A DNA stretch of 64,000 nt from the human T2T-CHM13v2.0 reference genome, Homo sapiens. The stretch lies in NCBI RefSeq assembly GCF_009914755.1, contig NC_060934.1; one strand, 5' to 3'. The notes beneath the pieces are model-generated. The model saw only the letters and a program-made list of their open reading frames with translations. It made no database searches and was not told where the DNA came from. Made by a program: the position numbers and the translations under genes. Below are positions 41,901 to 58,600 of the stretch, one piece after another. Numbering within the stretch: the first letter of the stretch is position 1; the number at the start of each line of letters is the position of its first letter.

Positions 41901-44900
41901 AAAATAGATATTTCAGAGTGCTTTGAGGCCTATAGTGAAAAAGGAAACATCTTCAGGTAAAAACTAGAAAGAAGCTTTCTGCGAAACTGCTTTGTGATGT
42001 GTGCATTCATCTCACAGTGGTAAACGTTTCTTTTCATTGAGCAGTTTGGAAACTCTGTTTTTCTAGAATCTGCAAAGGGATATTTGTGAGAGCTTTGAGG
42101 CCTGTGGTGGAAAAAGGAAATATCTTCCCATAAAAACTAGACAGAAGCTTTCTGAGAAACCTCTTTGTGATGTGTGCATTCATCTCACAGAGTTAATTTC
42201 ATTCAGCAGTTTGGAACCACTTTTTTTATACGATCTGCAAAGTGATATTTCGGAGAGCATTGAGGTCTATGTTGAAAAAGGAAAAATCTTCAGATAAAAA
42301 CAAGAAGGAAGGTTTCTCAGGAACTACTTTTTGATGTGTGCATTCATCTCACAGAGTTCAAATCTTTCTTTGAATTTAACAGTTTGGAAACCCTGTTTTT
42401 GTCCATTCTATGAAAGGACATTTGGGAGGTTATTGAGGCCAATGACAAAAAAGCAAATATCCCAGGATGAAAACTAGAAGGAGGCTATCTGAGAAACTGC
42501 TTGTAAAGTGAAAATTCATCTCACAGAGTTAAACCATTCTTTTAATTCAGCAGTTTTGAAACACAGTTTTTGTAGAATCTGCAAAGGGTTATTTCAGAGA
42601 GTATAGAGTCCTGTCGTGAAATAGGAGACATCTTCAGATAAAAACTAGAAAGAAGCTTTCTGAGAAACTGCTTTGTGGTGTGTGCATTCATCTCACAGAG
42701 CTAAACGTTTCTTTGGATTCAACAATTTGAAAACACTGTTTTTCTCCATTCTGTGAGTGGACATTTGGAAGTTGATTGATGTCAATGGTGAAAAATAGAA
42801 TACCCCAGGGTAAACACTAGATGGAAGCTATCAGAGAAACTGCTTTGTGTTGTATGTATTCACTGTTAGAGTTAAAGCATTCTTTTCAAACAGCAGTTGG
42901 GAAAATGTTTTTGTAGAATCTGCAAATTGATATTTCAGAGAGCATTGAGGACTATGGTGAAAAACAAAACATCTTCAGATAAAAACGAGAAAGAAACTTT
43001 CTGAGAAACTGCGTTGTGATGTGTGCATTCATCTCACAGAGTTAAACCTTTCTTTGGATTCAGCAGTTTTGCAACACTGTTTTTGTCCACTCAGAAAGAG
43101 GACATTTGGGGGTTCTTTGAGGCCAATGGTGAAAATGGAAATAACCCAGGATAAAAACTAGAAGGCAGCTATCTTAGAAACTGCTTTGTGATGTGTGCAT
43201 TCATCTTACAGGGTTAAGCCTTCCTTTTCATTCAGCACTTTGGAAACACTGCTGTCATGGAATCTGCAAAGGGATACTTAGGAGACCATTGAGGTTTATG
43301 GTGAAGTAGGAAACATCTTTACATAAAAACTAGAATGAAGCTTTCTGAGAAACTGATTTGTAATTTGTGCATTCATCTCACAGAGTTAAACATTTCTTTG
43401 CATTCAGCAGCTTTGAAACATGGTGTTTGTGAACTCAGCGAATGGACATTTGGGGGCGCCTTGAGACCAAATGTGAAAATGGGAATATCGAAGGATTAAA
43501 AACTACAAGGAAGATATCTGAGAAACAGCTTTGTGATATGTTCATTCATCTCACAGAGTTAAATTATTTTCATTCAGCAATTTGGAAACACGTTTTTTGT
43601 ATAATCTGCAAAGGGATATTTCAGAGAGCATTGAGGTCTATGATAAAAAAGGAATCATATTCAGAGAAAAAGTAGAAAGAAGCTTTCTAAGAAACTGCTT
43701 TGTGCCGTGTGCATTCATCTCACAGAGTTAAAGCATTCTTTGGATTCAGTAGTTTGGAAATACAGTTTTTGTCTATTCTGTGAATGGACACTTTGGAGCT
43801 CTTTGGGTCCAATGGTGAAAAAGTGAAAATCCCTGAATAAAAACTAGAAGTCTATCTGAGAAACAGCTTTGTCCTGAGAGCATACATCTCACAGAGTTAA
43901 AGCATGCATTTTATTCAGCTGTTTGTAGTAGTATTTTTGTAGAATCTGCAAAGGGATATTTTGGAGAGCATTGAGGCTTATGGTGAAAAAGGAAACATCT
44001 TCAGTTAAAACCTAGAAAGAAGCTTTCTGAGAATCTGCCTTGTGATGTGTCCATTCATGTAACAGAGTTAAAACTTTCTTTGGATTCAGCAGTGGGGAAA
44101 ATCTGTTTTTGTTCATTCTGTGAATGGACATATGGGAGCTCATTGAGGCCAATGGCAAAAAAGGAGATATGCCAGGATTAAAACTACAATGTAGCTCCCT
44201 GAGAAACTGCTTTGTGATGTCAGCATGCATTTCACAGAATTAAAACTTTCTTTTCATGCAGCAGTTAGGAATCACCATTTTTTGTAGAATCTGCAAAGGG
44301 TTATTTCAGAGAATATTGAGGCATATGGTGAAATAGGAAACATCTTCAGATAAAAACGAGAAAGAAGTTCTCTGAGAAACTGCTTTGTGATGTCTGCATT
44401 CATCTCACAGACTTAAAGCTTTCTTTGGATTCAGGAGTTTGGATACACAGTTTTTGTCCGTTCTGAGAATGGACATTTCAGAGCTCTTTGGGCCCAAAGG
44501 CTAAAAAGCAAATATCCCTGAATAAAAACTATAAGGAATCTATCTGAGAAACCTCTTTGTGGTGTGAGCATTCACTTAACGGAGTTAAATCATTCTTTTC
44601 ATTCAGCTGTTTGAAGCAGCGTTTTCATGGAATCTGCAAAGTGATATTTCAGAGAGCGTTCAGGCCAGTGTTGAAAAAGGAAACATCTTCAGTTAAAAAC
44701 TAGAAAGAAGGTTTCTGAGAAACTGCTTTGTGATGTGTTCATTCATTTCACAGACTTACCACTTTTTTTGGATTCAGTAGTTTGGAAACAGAGTTTTTGC
44801 CCATTCTGTGAATGGACATTTTGGAGCTCTTTGGAGCCAATGGTGAAAAAGCGAATACCCCTGAATAAAAACCAGAAGAAATCTATCTGAGAAACAGCTG

Positions 44901-47900
44901 TGTCATGTGAGCATTCATTTCAAAGAGTTAAACCATTCCTTTCATTCAGCTGTTTGGAAGCAGTGTTTTTGAAGAATTTGCAAAGGGATATTTCGGAGAG
45001 CATTGAGGCCTATGGTGAAAAAGGAAATATCTTCAGTTAAAAACTAGAAAGAAACTTTCTGAGATACTGTTTTCCAATGTGTGCATTCATCTCACAGAGT
45101 TAAACAATTCTTTTCATTCGTCAGTTTGGAAACACTCTTTTTGTAGAATCTGCAAAGTGATATTTCATATAGCAATGTGGCCTGTGATGAAACAGGAAAC
45201 GTCTTCAGATAAAAACTAGAAAGAAGATTTCTGAGAATCTGGTTGGTTATGTGTGCATTTATCTCACAGAATTAAATATGTCTTTGGATTCAGTAGTTTG
45301 GAAATACAGTTTTTGTCCACTCTGCGAATGGACATTTTGGTGCTCTATGAAGCCAATGGCAAAAGAGTGAATATCCCAGGATAAAAAGTAGATGGAAGCT
45401 ATCTGAGAAACTGCTATGTGATGTCCACATTCGTCTTGCAGAATTGAAACTTACTTTTCATTCTGCAGTTTGGAAACACTTTTTTGTCAAATCTGCAAAG
45501 AGATATTTTGGAGATCATTGAGGTCTATGGTGCAAAAGGAAACATCTTCAGATAAAATTAGAAAGAAGCTTTCTGGGAAACTGCTTTGTGATGTGTGGAT
45601 TCAACTCACAGAGTTAAACCATCGTTTTCATTCAGAGTTTGGAAAAAGTATTTTTGTCCATTCTGCAAATGGACGTTTGGGAGGTCATAGTTGGTAAAGT
45701 TGAAAAAGCGAATATCTCAGGATAAAAACAAGAAGGTAGCTATCTGAGAAACAGCTTTGTGATGTGTGCATTCATCTCAAAGAGATAATACTTTCTTTTC
45801 ATTCAGCATTTTTGAAAACTGTTTCTGTAGAGTCTGCAAAGGGATATTTTGGAGAGTATTGAAGAATATGGTAAAAGAGGAAACATTTTCAGATAAAAAC
45901 TAGAAAGAAGCTTTCTGAGAAACTGCTCTGTGAGGTGTGCATTCATCTGAGAGAGTTACCTTTCTTTGGATTCAGTAGTTTGGAAAGACTGTTTTTGTCC
46001 CTTCCCTGAATGGATATTTGGGAGTTCATTGACGCCAATGGCAAAAAAGTGAATATCCCAGGGTAAAAACTTAAAGGAAGCTCTCTGAGAAACTTCTGTC
46101 TGATGTGTGAATTCATCTCACAGAGTTAAACTTTTGTTTCATTCAGCAATTTGTAAACACTGACCTTTAGAATCTGCAAGGGGATATTTTAAAGAGCATT
46201 TAGTCCATCATTGAAAAAGGAAATATCTTCCTATAAAAAGTAGAAAGAAAATTTCTGAGAAACTGCTTTGTGATGTGTGCATTCATCTCACAATGTTAAC
46301 CATTTCTTTGGGTTTAGCAGTTTGGAAACACTCTTTTTTGTAGAATCTGCAAAGGGATACTTTGGAGAGTATGGTGAAATAGGAAATATCTCCAGATAAA
46401 AACTAGAAAGAATTTTTCTGAGAAACTTCTTTGTTATGTGTGGATTCATCTCAGAGTTAAACCTTTCTTTGAATTCAGAAGTTTGGAAACACTTGTTTTG
46501 TAGAATCTGCAAAGGGATATTTCAGAGAGCATTGAGGCCTATGGTGAAAAAGCATACACCTTCAGATACAAACTAGAAAGAAGCTTTCTAAGAAACTGCT
46601 TTGTGATGTGTGCATTTATCTCACAGAGTTAAACATTTCTTTGGATTCAGCAGTTGGGAAACACTATTTTTCTCCATTCTCCAAATGGACATTTGGGACC
46701 TCATTTAGGCCAATGGTGAAAAAGGGAATATCCCAGGATTCAAACTAGATGGTAGTTTGCTGAGGGACTGCTATGTGACGTGTGTATTCATCTCGCAGAG
46801 TTAATTCTTTCTGTTCATTGAGCAGTTTGAAAACACTGTTTTTGTAGAATCTGCAAAGGGATATTTCAGAGAGCATTGAGGCCTAAGGTGTAAAAGGAAA
46901 CATTATCAGATAAAAACTAGGAAGAAAGTTTCTGAGAAAATGCTTTCTGATGTATGCATTCACCTCACAGACTTAAAACTTTCTTTGGATTCAGTAGTTT
47001 AGAAGCACCATTTTTGTCCATTCTGTGAATGGACATTTGGGAGCTCATTGAGGCCACTGGCAAAAAAAGGGAATATCCCAGGATAAAAACTAGATGGAGG
47101 CTCTTTGAGAAACCTCTTTGTGATGTGTGCATTCATTTCACAGAGTTAAAGTTTTCCTTTCATCCAGCGGTTTGTAAACACTGTTTTTATAGAATCTGCA
47201 AAGGGATATTTTGGAGAGCATTGAGGCCTAGTGTGAAAAAAGAAATATCTTCAGATAAAAGCTAGAAAGAAGATATCTGAGAAGCTGCTTTGTGATGTTT
47301 GCATTCCTCTCATAGAGTTAAACCTTTCTTTGGATTCAGCTGTTTGGAAACACTATTTTCGTCCGCTACATTTGGGAGTTCATTTAGGCCAATGGGAAAA
47401 AAGTGAATATCCGAGGATAAAAAACCGATGGAAACTACCTGAGTTCTGCTATGTGATGGTTGAATTCATCTTGCAGAGTTAAAACATAGTTTTCATTCAG
47501 CAGTTTTGAAACACTTTCTTGTATAATCTGGAAAGGGAAATTTCCAAGAGCATTGAGGCCTATGGTGTAAAAGGGAACAACTTCAGATAAAAACTAGAAA
47601 GAAGCTTTCTGAATAACTGCTTCGTGACGTGTGCATTCCTCTCACAGAGTTAAACTTTTCCTTGGATTTTGCAGTTTCTAAAGATTATTTTTGTCCATTC
47701 AGTGAATGGAAATTTGGAAGTTCATAGAGGCCAAGGAGAAAATGTGAATATGCCAGGACCAAAACTAGACAGAAGCTATCTTAGAAACTTCTTTGTGATG
47801 TAGGCATTCATCTAGCAGAGTTAAACCTTTCATTCAGAAGTTTGGAAACACTGTTTTTGTAGAAACTGCAAAGGGATATTTCCGAGAGCATTGAGGCCTA

Positions 47901-49026
47901 TGGTGGAAGAGGAAACATATTCAGATGAAAATTAGAAAGAAGGTTTCTTAGAAACTGCTTTTTGAGGTGTGTTTTCATCTCACAGAGTTAAACTTTCTTT
48001 AGATTCAACAGTTTGGAAACACTGCTTTTGTCCATTGTGCGAATGAACATTTGGGAGCTCATGGTGGCCAGTGATGAAAAAACGTATATCCCCAGATAAA
48101 ACCTAGAAGGAGGTTATCTGGGAAAATGTTTTGTGATGTGTGCATTCATCTCACAGTGTTAAACCATTCTTTTAATTCAGCAGTTTGGAAACACTGTTTC
48201 TGTAGAATCTGCAAAGATGTATTTTGGAGGACAGTGAGACCTATGGTGAGAAAAGAAACACATTCAGATAAAAACTAGAAAGAAGATTTCTTTGAAACTT
48301 CTTTGTTATGTGTGCACTCATCTCACAGAGTTAAATATTTCTTTGTTTTCAGTAGTTTCAAAAGAGTGTTTTTGTCCATTCTGCAAATGGACTTTTGGGA
48401 GCTCATTCAGGTCAATGTGAAGAAGTGAATATCCAAGGATAAAAACTGGATGAAAGCTATCTGAGAAACTGCTATGTGATGCGTGCTTCCCTCTCACAGA
48501 GTTAAACCTTACTTTACACTAAGCAGTTTGGAAACACTGTTTTTGCCAATGTGCAAACAGATATTTCAGAGAGCATTGAGGCCTACAGTGAAAAAGAATC
48601 ATCTTCAGATAAAATCTAGAAAGAAACTTTCTAAGAAACTGCTTTGTGATGTGTGCATTCATCTGAAAGAGTTAAACTTTCTTTCAGTTCAGCAGTTTGC
48701 AAACACTGTATTTGTCCATTGTGCAAATGGAAAGTTGGGAGCTCATTGAGTCCAATGGCAAAAAAGAAAATATACCAGGAAAAAAACAGGAAGGAAGCTA
48801 TCTGAGAAACTGCTTTGTGATGTTTTCATTCATCTCACAGAGTTAAAACTTTCTTTGGATTCAGCCGTTTGGAAACACTGCTTTTGTCCATTCTTCAATG
48901 TACATTTATGAGCTCTAAGAAGTCAATGGTGATAAAGTGAATATCAGAGGATAAAAACTAGAAAGAACACATCTGAGAAATCACTTTGTGATGGGTACAT
49001 TCATCTCAAAGAATTAAAACTTTCTT

Positions 49027-49577
49027 CTTGCTTTTCTAGTTCTTTTAACTGTGATGTTAGGGTGTCAATTTTGGATCTTTCCTGCTTTCTCTTGTGGGCA
49101 TTTAGTGCTATAAATTTCCCTCTGCACACTGCTTTAAATGCGTTCCAGAGATTCTGTATGTTGTGTCTTTGTTCTCATTGGTTTCAAAGAACATCTTTAT
49201 TTCTGCCTTCATTTCGTTATGTACCCAGTAGTCATTCAGGAGCAGGTTGTTCATTTTCCATGTAGTTGAGAGGTTTTGAGTGAGATTCTTAATCCTGAGT
49301 TCTAGTTTGATTGCACTGTGTTCTGAGAGATAGTTTGTTATAATTTCTGTTATTTTACATTTGCTGAGGAGATCTTTACTTCCAAGTATGTGGTCAATTT
49401 TGGAATAGGTGTGGTGTGGTGCTGAAAAAAATGTATAATCTCTTGATTTGGGGTGGAGAGTTCTGTAGATGTCTATTAGGTCCGCTTGTTGCAGAGCTGA
49501 GTTCAATTCCTGGGTATACTTGTTGACTTTCTGTCTTGTCAATCTGTCTAATGTTGACAGTGGTGTGTTAAAGTCTC
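49027..49577 (-). pseudogene. Inverted L1 ORF2 fragment (C-terminal part of endonuclease domain and linker)
   Basis: The minus-strand ORF 49108-49542 contains [42 protein letters not shown], matching the L1 ORF2p APE-like endonuclease. SDH has become SEH, and the fragment is frameshifted. Confidence 0.93.
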
Positions 49578-49578
49578 T

Positions 49579-52410
<2,832 letters not shown>

Positions 52411-52450
52411 ATGAGAACACATGGACACAGGAAGGGGAACATCACACTCT

Positions 52451-52484
52451 GGGGACTGTTGTGGGGTGGGGGGAGGGGGGAGGG
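52451..52484 (+). other. L1 3' UTR G-rich tract (potential G-quadruplex)
   Basis: GGGGACTGTTGTGGGGTGGGGGGAGGGGGGAGGG, the conserved polypurine tract of L1PA 3' UTRs. Confidence 0.8.
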
Positions 52485-52633
52485 ATAGCATTGGGAGATA
52501 AACCTAATGCTCGATGACGAGTTAGTGGGTGCAGCGCACCAGCATGGCACATGTATACGTATGTAACTAACCTGCACATTGTGCACATGTACCCTAAAAC
52601 TTAAAGTATAATAATATTAAAAAGAACAAAAAA

Positions 52634-55600
52634 AAAACTTTCTTTAGATTCAGTTTGGAAAAACTGTTTTTATCCATTCTGTGAATGTATATTTGGGAGC
52701 TTATTGAGGCCAATGGCAAAAAAGCGAATGTCCCAGGATAAAAACTAGAAGGAAGCTATCTGAGAAACTGCTTTGTGATGTGTGCTTTCATCTCACAGAG
52801 TTAAAACTTTCTTTTCATTCAGAAGTTTGGAAACACTGTTTTTGTAGAATCGGCAAAGGGATATTTTGGACATCATTGAGACATATGTTGCAATAGGAAA
52901 CAGCTTCAGACGAAAACTAGAGAGAAGCTTTCTGAGAAACTGCTTTGTGATGTGCGCATTCATATCACAGACTTAAACTTTTCTTTGGATTCAGTAGTTG
53001 GAAACACTTTTTCTGTCCATTCTGTAAATGGAAATTTGGGATCTCAATGCGGCCAATGTTGAAAAAGCTGATATGCCAGGATAAATACTAGAAGGAAGCT
53101 ATCTGAGAAATTGCTACATGATGTATGCATTCATCTCACAGAGTTAAAGCAAGCTTTTCACACAGCAGTTTGGAAACACTCTTTTTGTTGAATCTGCAAG
53201 GGACTTTACAGAGAGCATTGAGCCCTGTGGTGAAATTGGAACCACCTTCAGGTGAAAACAGGAAGGGAGCTTTCAGAGAAACTATTTTATGTTGTGTGCA
53301 TTCACATCACAGAGTTAAACCTTTCCTTAGATTCAGTAGTTTGCAAAGAGTGCCTTCGTTGATTATTTAAGTGGGCATTTGGGAGCTCATTGAGGCCAAT
53401 GGCGAAAAACTGAATATCCCAGGATAAAAACTAGGTGGAAGCTAGCTGAGAAACTGCAATAGTTGGGTGCATTCATCTCACAGAGTTAAACCTTTCTTTT
53501 CATTCAGCAGTTTGGAAACACTATTTTTGTAGTATCAGCAAAGAATATTTTGGAAAACATTGAGGCCTATGGTGAAATAGGAAACATCTTCATATAAAAA
53601 CTGGAAAGAAGCTTTCTGACAAACTGCTTTGTGGTGTCTCCATTCATCTCACAGAGTTAATACTTTCTTTGGATTCAACTATTTGGAGACACTGTTTTTG
53701 CAGAATGTGCAAAGTGATATATCAGAGAGTATTGAGGCCTATGTCATAAAAGGAAACATCTTTAGAGAAACACTAGAAAGGAGCTTTCTGAGAAACTGTT
53801 TTGTGGTGTGTGCATTAATCTCAAAGGCTTTATCCTTTCTTTGGGTTCCGTAGTTTGGAAACGTTGTTTTTTTCCATTCACGGAGTCATCATTTCAGAGC
53901 ACCTTGAGGCCAAAGTTGAAAAAGTGAATATCCCAGGATAAAAACCAGAAGGAAGCTATCTGAGAAACCGCATTGTGATGTGTGCATTCATCTCACAGAG
54001 TTATAGTTTTCTTTCCATCCAGCAATTTGGAAACACTTTTTTTGTCCATTCTGTGAATGGACATTTTGTAGCTCCTTGAGGCCAATGGCAAAAAAGCAAA
54101 TATCCCAGGATAAAAACTAAACAGAAGCTTTCTGAGAAACTGCGATGTGATGTGTGTATTCATCTTGCAGAGTTCAACCCCTTTTTTCTTTCATCAATTT
54201 TGAAACATTGTTTTTGTAGAATCTGTATAGGGATATTTTGGGGAGAACTGAGGCCTATTTTCAAAAAGGAAAATATCTTCAAATAAAAATTAGAAAGAAG
54301 CTTTCTGAGAAACTGCTTTGTGATGTGTGCATTCATCTCACATAGTTAAACCTTTCTTTGGATTTAGCCATTTGAAAACACTGTTTTTGTTCATTCTGGG
54401 AATGGACATTTTGGAGCTCATTGAGGCCAATGGTGAAAAAGCAAATATCAAAGGATAAAAACAGGAAGGAAGCTATCTCAGAAGCCACATTTTTATGTGT
54501 GCATTCATCTCACAGAGTTAAAACTTTCTTTTCATTCAGCAGTTTGTAAACACTGTTTTTGTAGAATCCACAAAGGGATATTTTGGATAACATTGAGGGC
54601 TATGGTGAACTAGGAAACATCTTCAGATAAAAACTAGAAGGAAGCTTTCTGAGAAACTGCTTTGTGATGTGTGGATTCATCTCACAGAGTTAAACCATTC
54701 TTTGGATTCAGAAGTTTGGAAACTGTTTTTGCCCATTCTGTGAATGTATATTTGGGAGCTCATTGAGGCCAATGGCGATAAAGTGAATATCCCAGTTTAA
54801 AAACGAAAAGGAAGCATCTGAGAAACTGCTATATGATGTGTGCATTTTCCTATCAGAGTTAAACTTATCTTTCATTCAGAAGTTTGGAAACACTGTGTTC
54901 ATAGAATGTGCAAAGGGATATTTCAGAGAGCATTGGGGAATATGGTGAAAAATTCAAACATCTTCAGATAAAAACTAGAAAGAAGCTTTCTGAGAAACTG
55001 CTTCATGATTTCTGCATTCATTCATCTCACTGCGAAAAAACTTTGTTTGGATTCAGCAGTTTGGAAACACTTTTTTTGCCCATTCTGCAAAAGGATACTT
55101 GGGAGCTCATTGAGGCCAATGGTGGAAAAGCAGATATCCCAGGATAAAAATTTGAAGGAAGCTATCTGAGATACTGCTTTGGGATGTGTGCATTCATCTC
55201 AACGTGTTAAAACTGTGTTTTCCTTCAGCAGTTTGGAAACACTGTTTTTGTCCATTGTGCAAATGGATATTAAGATGCTCATTGAGGCCAAAGGGGAAAA
55301 AGCTAGTATCCCGGGATAAAAATTAGACAGAAGCTATCTGAGAAGTTGGTATGCGATGAGGGCATTCATCTAGCAGAGTTAAACCTTTCTTTTCATTCAG
55401 CAGTTTGGAGACACTGTTTTTGTAGAATCTGCAAAGGGCTATTTGAGAGAGCATTGAGGCCTATGGTGAATAAGGAAACATCTTCAGATGAAAATTAGAA
55501 AGAAGCTTTCTGAGAAATGGCTTTATGATGTGTGCTTTCATCTCAGACAGGTAAAACTTTCTTTGGATTCAGCAGTTTGGAGGCATTATTTTTGGAGAAT

Positions 55601-58600
55601 CTGCAAAATGATATTTCAGAGAACCTTGAGGCCTATGGTGAAAAAGGAAACATCTTCAGAGGAAAACTAGAAAGAAGCTTTCTGAGAAATGGCTTTGTGA
55701 TGTTTGCATTCATCTCACAAAATTAAAACCTTCTTTGGATTCTGTAGTTTTAAAACACTGTTTTTATCCATTCTGCGAATGAACATGTGGGAGCTCATTG
55801 AGGTCAGTGGCGAAAAAGTTGAATATCTCAGGAGGTAAACGAGAAGTAAGCTATCTGAGAAACTGCTACGTGATGTGTGCATTCATATTGCAGAGTTAAA
55901 ACTTTCTTTTCATTCAGCAGTTTGGAAACACTGCTTTTGTGGAATCTAAAAAGTGATATTTTGGAGAGCATTGAGACCTTTGGTGAAAAAGGATACATCT
56001 TCAGACAAAAACTAGAAAAATCTTTCTGAGAAACTGCTTTGTGATGTTAGCATTCATCCCACAGAGTTAAACCTTTCTTTGGATTCAGCAGTTTGGAAAC
56101 ACTGTTTTTGTCTATTCTGCAAATGGACATTAGGGAATTCATAGAGGCCAATGGCGAAAAAGGAAATATCCAAGGATAAAAATTAGATGGAAGCTATCTG
56201 AGAAACTGTTACATGATGTGTGCATTCATCTCATAGAGATAAACCTCCCTTTTCATTCGGCAGTTTGGAAACACTGTTTTTGTAGAATCTGCAGAGGATA
56301 TTTTGGAGACCATTGAGGCCTATGATGAAAAAGGAAACATATTCAGATAAAAACCAAAAAGAAATATTCTGAGACACTGCTTTGTGATTTGTGCATACAT
56401 GTCACTGACTTGTACCTTTCTTTGGATTCAGTAGTTGGGAAAGAGTGTTTTTGTCCATTCTGCAAATGGACATTTGGGAGTTCATTTTGGGAAATGGTGA
56501 AAAAGCGAATATCCCAGGATAAAAACTAGACAGAAGCTATCTGAGAAATTGCTATGTGAAGTGTGCATTCATCTCTCAGAATTAAACCTTCCTGTTATTC
56601 AGCAGTTTGGAAACCCTGTTTTTGTAGAATCTGCAGGGGGATTTTTCAGAGATCCTTGAGGCCTATGGTGAAAAAGGAAACATATTCAGCTAAATACTAG
56701 AAAGAAGCTTTCTGAAAAATTGCTTTTTGATTTGTTCATACATCTCATAGGGTTAAACTATTCTTTGGATTCAGCAGTTTGGAAAAACTGTTTTTGTCCA
56801 TTCTTCAAATGGACATTTGGGAGCTCCTTGAGGCCAATTGTGAAAAAGCAAATAACCCAGGACAAAAAGTTGATGGAAACTATCTCAGAAATGGATTTGA
56901 GATGTGTGCATTCATCTCACAGGGTTAAACCTTTCTTTTCATTCAGCAGTTTTGAAACACTGTTTTTGTAGGATCTTGGAAGGGTATTTCAGGGAGCATT
57001 GAGGCTTATAGTGAAAAAGGATGCATATTCAGATTAAAACTAGAAAGAAGCTTTCTGAAAAATGGCTTTGTGATATGTGCATTCATCTCACAGTGGTAAA
57101 ACTTTCTTTAGATTCAGTAGTTTGGAAACATTGTTTTTGTAGAATCTGCAAAGGGATATTTTGGAGATCATTGAAGCCTATGATGAAAAAGGAAACATCT
57201 TCAGAAAAATACTAGAAAGAAGCTTATGTGGAAAGTGCTTTGTGATGTGTGCGTTCATATCCAGACTTAAACATTTCTTTGGATTCAGTAGTTTGGCAAC
57301 ACTGTTTTTGTCCATTCTGTGAATGGATATTTGGGAGCTCATTGAGGCCAATGGCGAAAAAGGAAATATCCCAAGATAAAAACTAGAAAGAAATTTTCTG
57401 AGAAATTGCTTTGTGATGTGTTCATTCATCTCACAGAGTTAAACCTTTGTTTTCATTCAACAGTTTCAAAACTCTGATTTAGTGGAATCTGTGAAGGGCT
57501 CTTTGGGATCGTGTTGAGGCCTATGGTGAAAAAGGAAACATTTTCAGATAAAAACAAGAAAGAAGCATTTTGAGAAACTGTTTTGTGATATTTGCATTCA
57601 TCCCACAGTGTTAAACTTTTTTTTTTTCTTTCAGCAGTTTGGAAATACTGTTTTTGTAGGATCTGCTAAGGGGTAAATTTGAGTGCCCTAAGGCAAATGG
57701 TGAAAAAGGAATTTTCTTCCGATAAAAATTAAACAGAAGGTTTCAGAGAAACTGCTTTGTGATGTGTACATTCATTTACTGAGTTAAACATTTCTTTGGA
57801 ATCAGCCATTTGGAAATACGGTTTTGTCCATTCTGCAAATGGACGTTTGGGAGCTCATTGATTCCAATGTCAAGAAATCTGCAAAGGGATATTTCACACA
57901 GCATTGAGGCCTATGGTGAAAAAGGAAACATATTCAGTTAAAAACTACAAAGAAGTTTTCAGAGAAACTGCTTTGTTATGTGTGCCTTCATCTCACAGAG
58001 TTAAAACTTTCTTTGGATTCAGAAGTTTGGAAAGAGTATTCTGAAGAATCTTCAAAGGGGTATTTTAGAGAGCAGTCAGGCCTACAGTGGAAACAGAAAC
58101 ACCTTCATTTAAAAAGTAGAAAGAAGCTTTCTGAGAACTTGCTTTGGGATATATGCATTCATCTCCCAGACTTAAACATTTATTTGGATTCCTTAGTTTG
58201 GAAACACTATTTTTGTCCATTCTACAAATGGACCTTTTGTGGCTCTTTGAGGCCAATGGCAAAAAAATAGAATATCCTAGGATAAAAACTAGAAGGAAAC
58301 TATCTGAGAAACTTCTTGGTGATGTGTGCATTCATCTCACAGAGTTAAACCTTTCTTTGGACTCAACAGTTTGCAACGAGTGTTTTTTTTCCATTCTACA
58401 AATGGACATTTTGGAGCTTATTGAGTACAATGGTGAAAAAGCGAATATCCCAGGATAAAATCTAGGCAGACATTATCTAAGAAACTATTATGTGATGTGT
58501 ACATTCATCTCACAGAGTTAAAACTTTCTTTACTTTCTACAGTTTTGAAACACGTTTTTGTAGAATCTGCAAAGGGATATTTCCTAGTGCATTGAGACAT

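Larger units (their letters stand above)
27460..49026 (+). repeat. Alpha satellite, divergent dimeric layer (~343 bp unit), part 1
   Basis: Two alternating monomer types. One is TTGGATTC..GTCCATTCTGTGAATGGACATTTGGGAGCTCATTGAGGCCAATGG..GAATATCCCAGGATA..GAAGGAAGCTATCTGAG. The other is TTTCATTC..GTAGAATCTGCAAAGGGATATTTCAGAGAGCATTGAGGCCTATGGTGAAAAAGGAAACATCTTCAGATA..GAAAGAAGCTTTCTGAG. A period of 343 is read directly between CCCTGAATA copies at 44516 and 44859. Resembles the ancient H1/H2-type dimeric layer (inference). Confidence 0.95.

Noticed and set aside
53352-53370. CCTTCGTTGA resembling the start of a CENP-B box
   Set aside because: It lacks the downstream CGGG and lies at the wrong position in the monomer.
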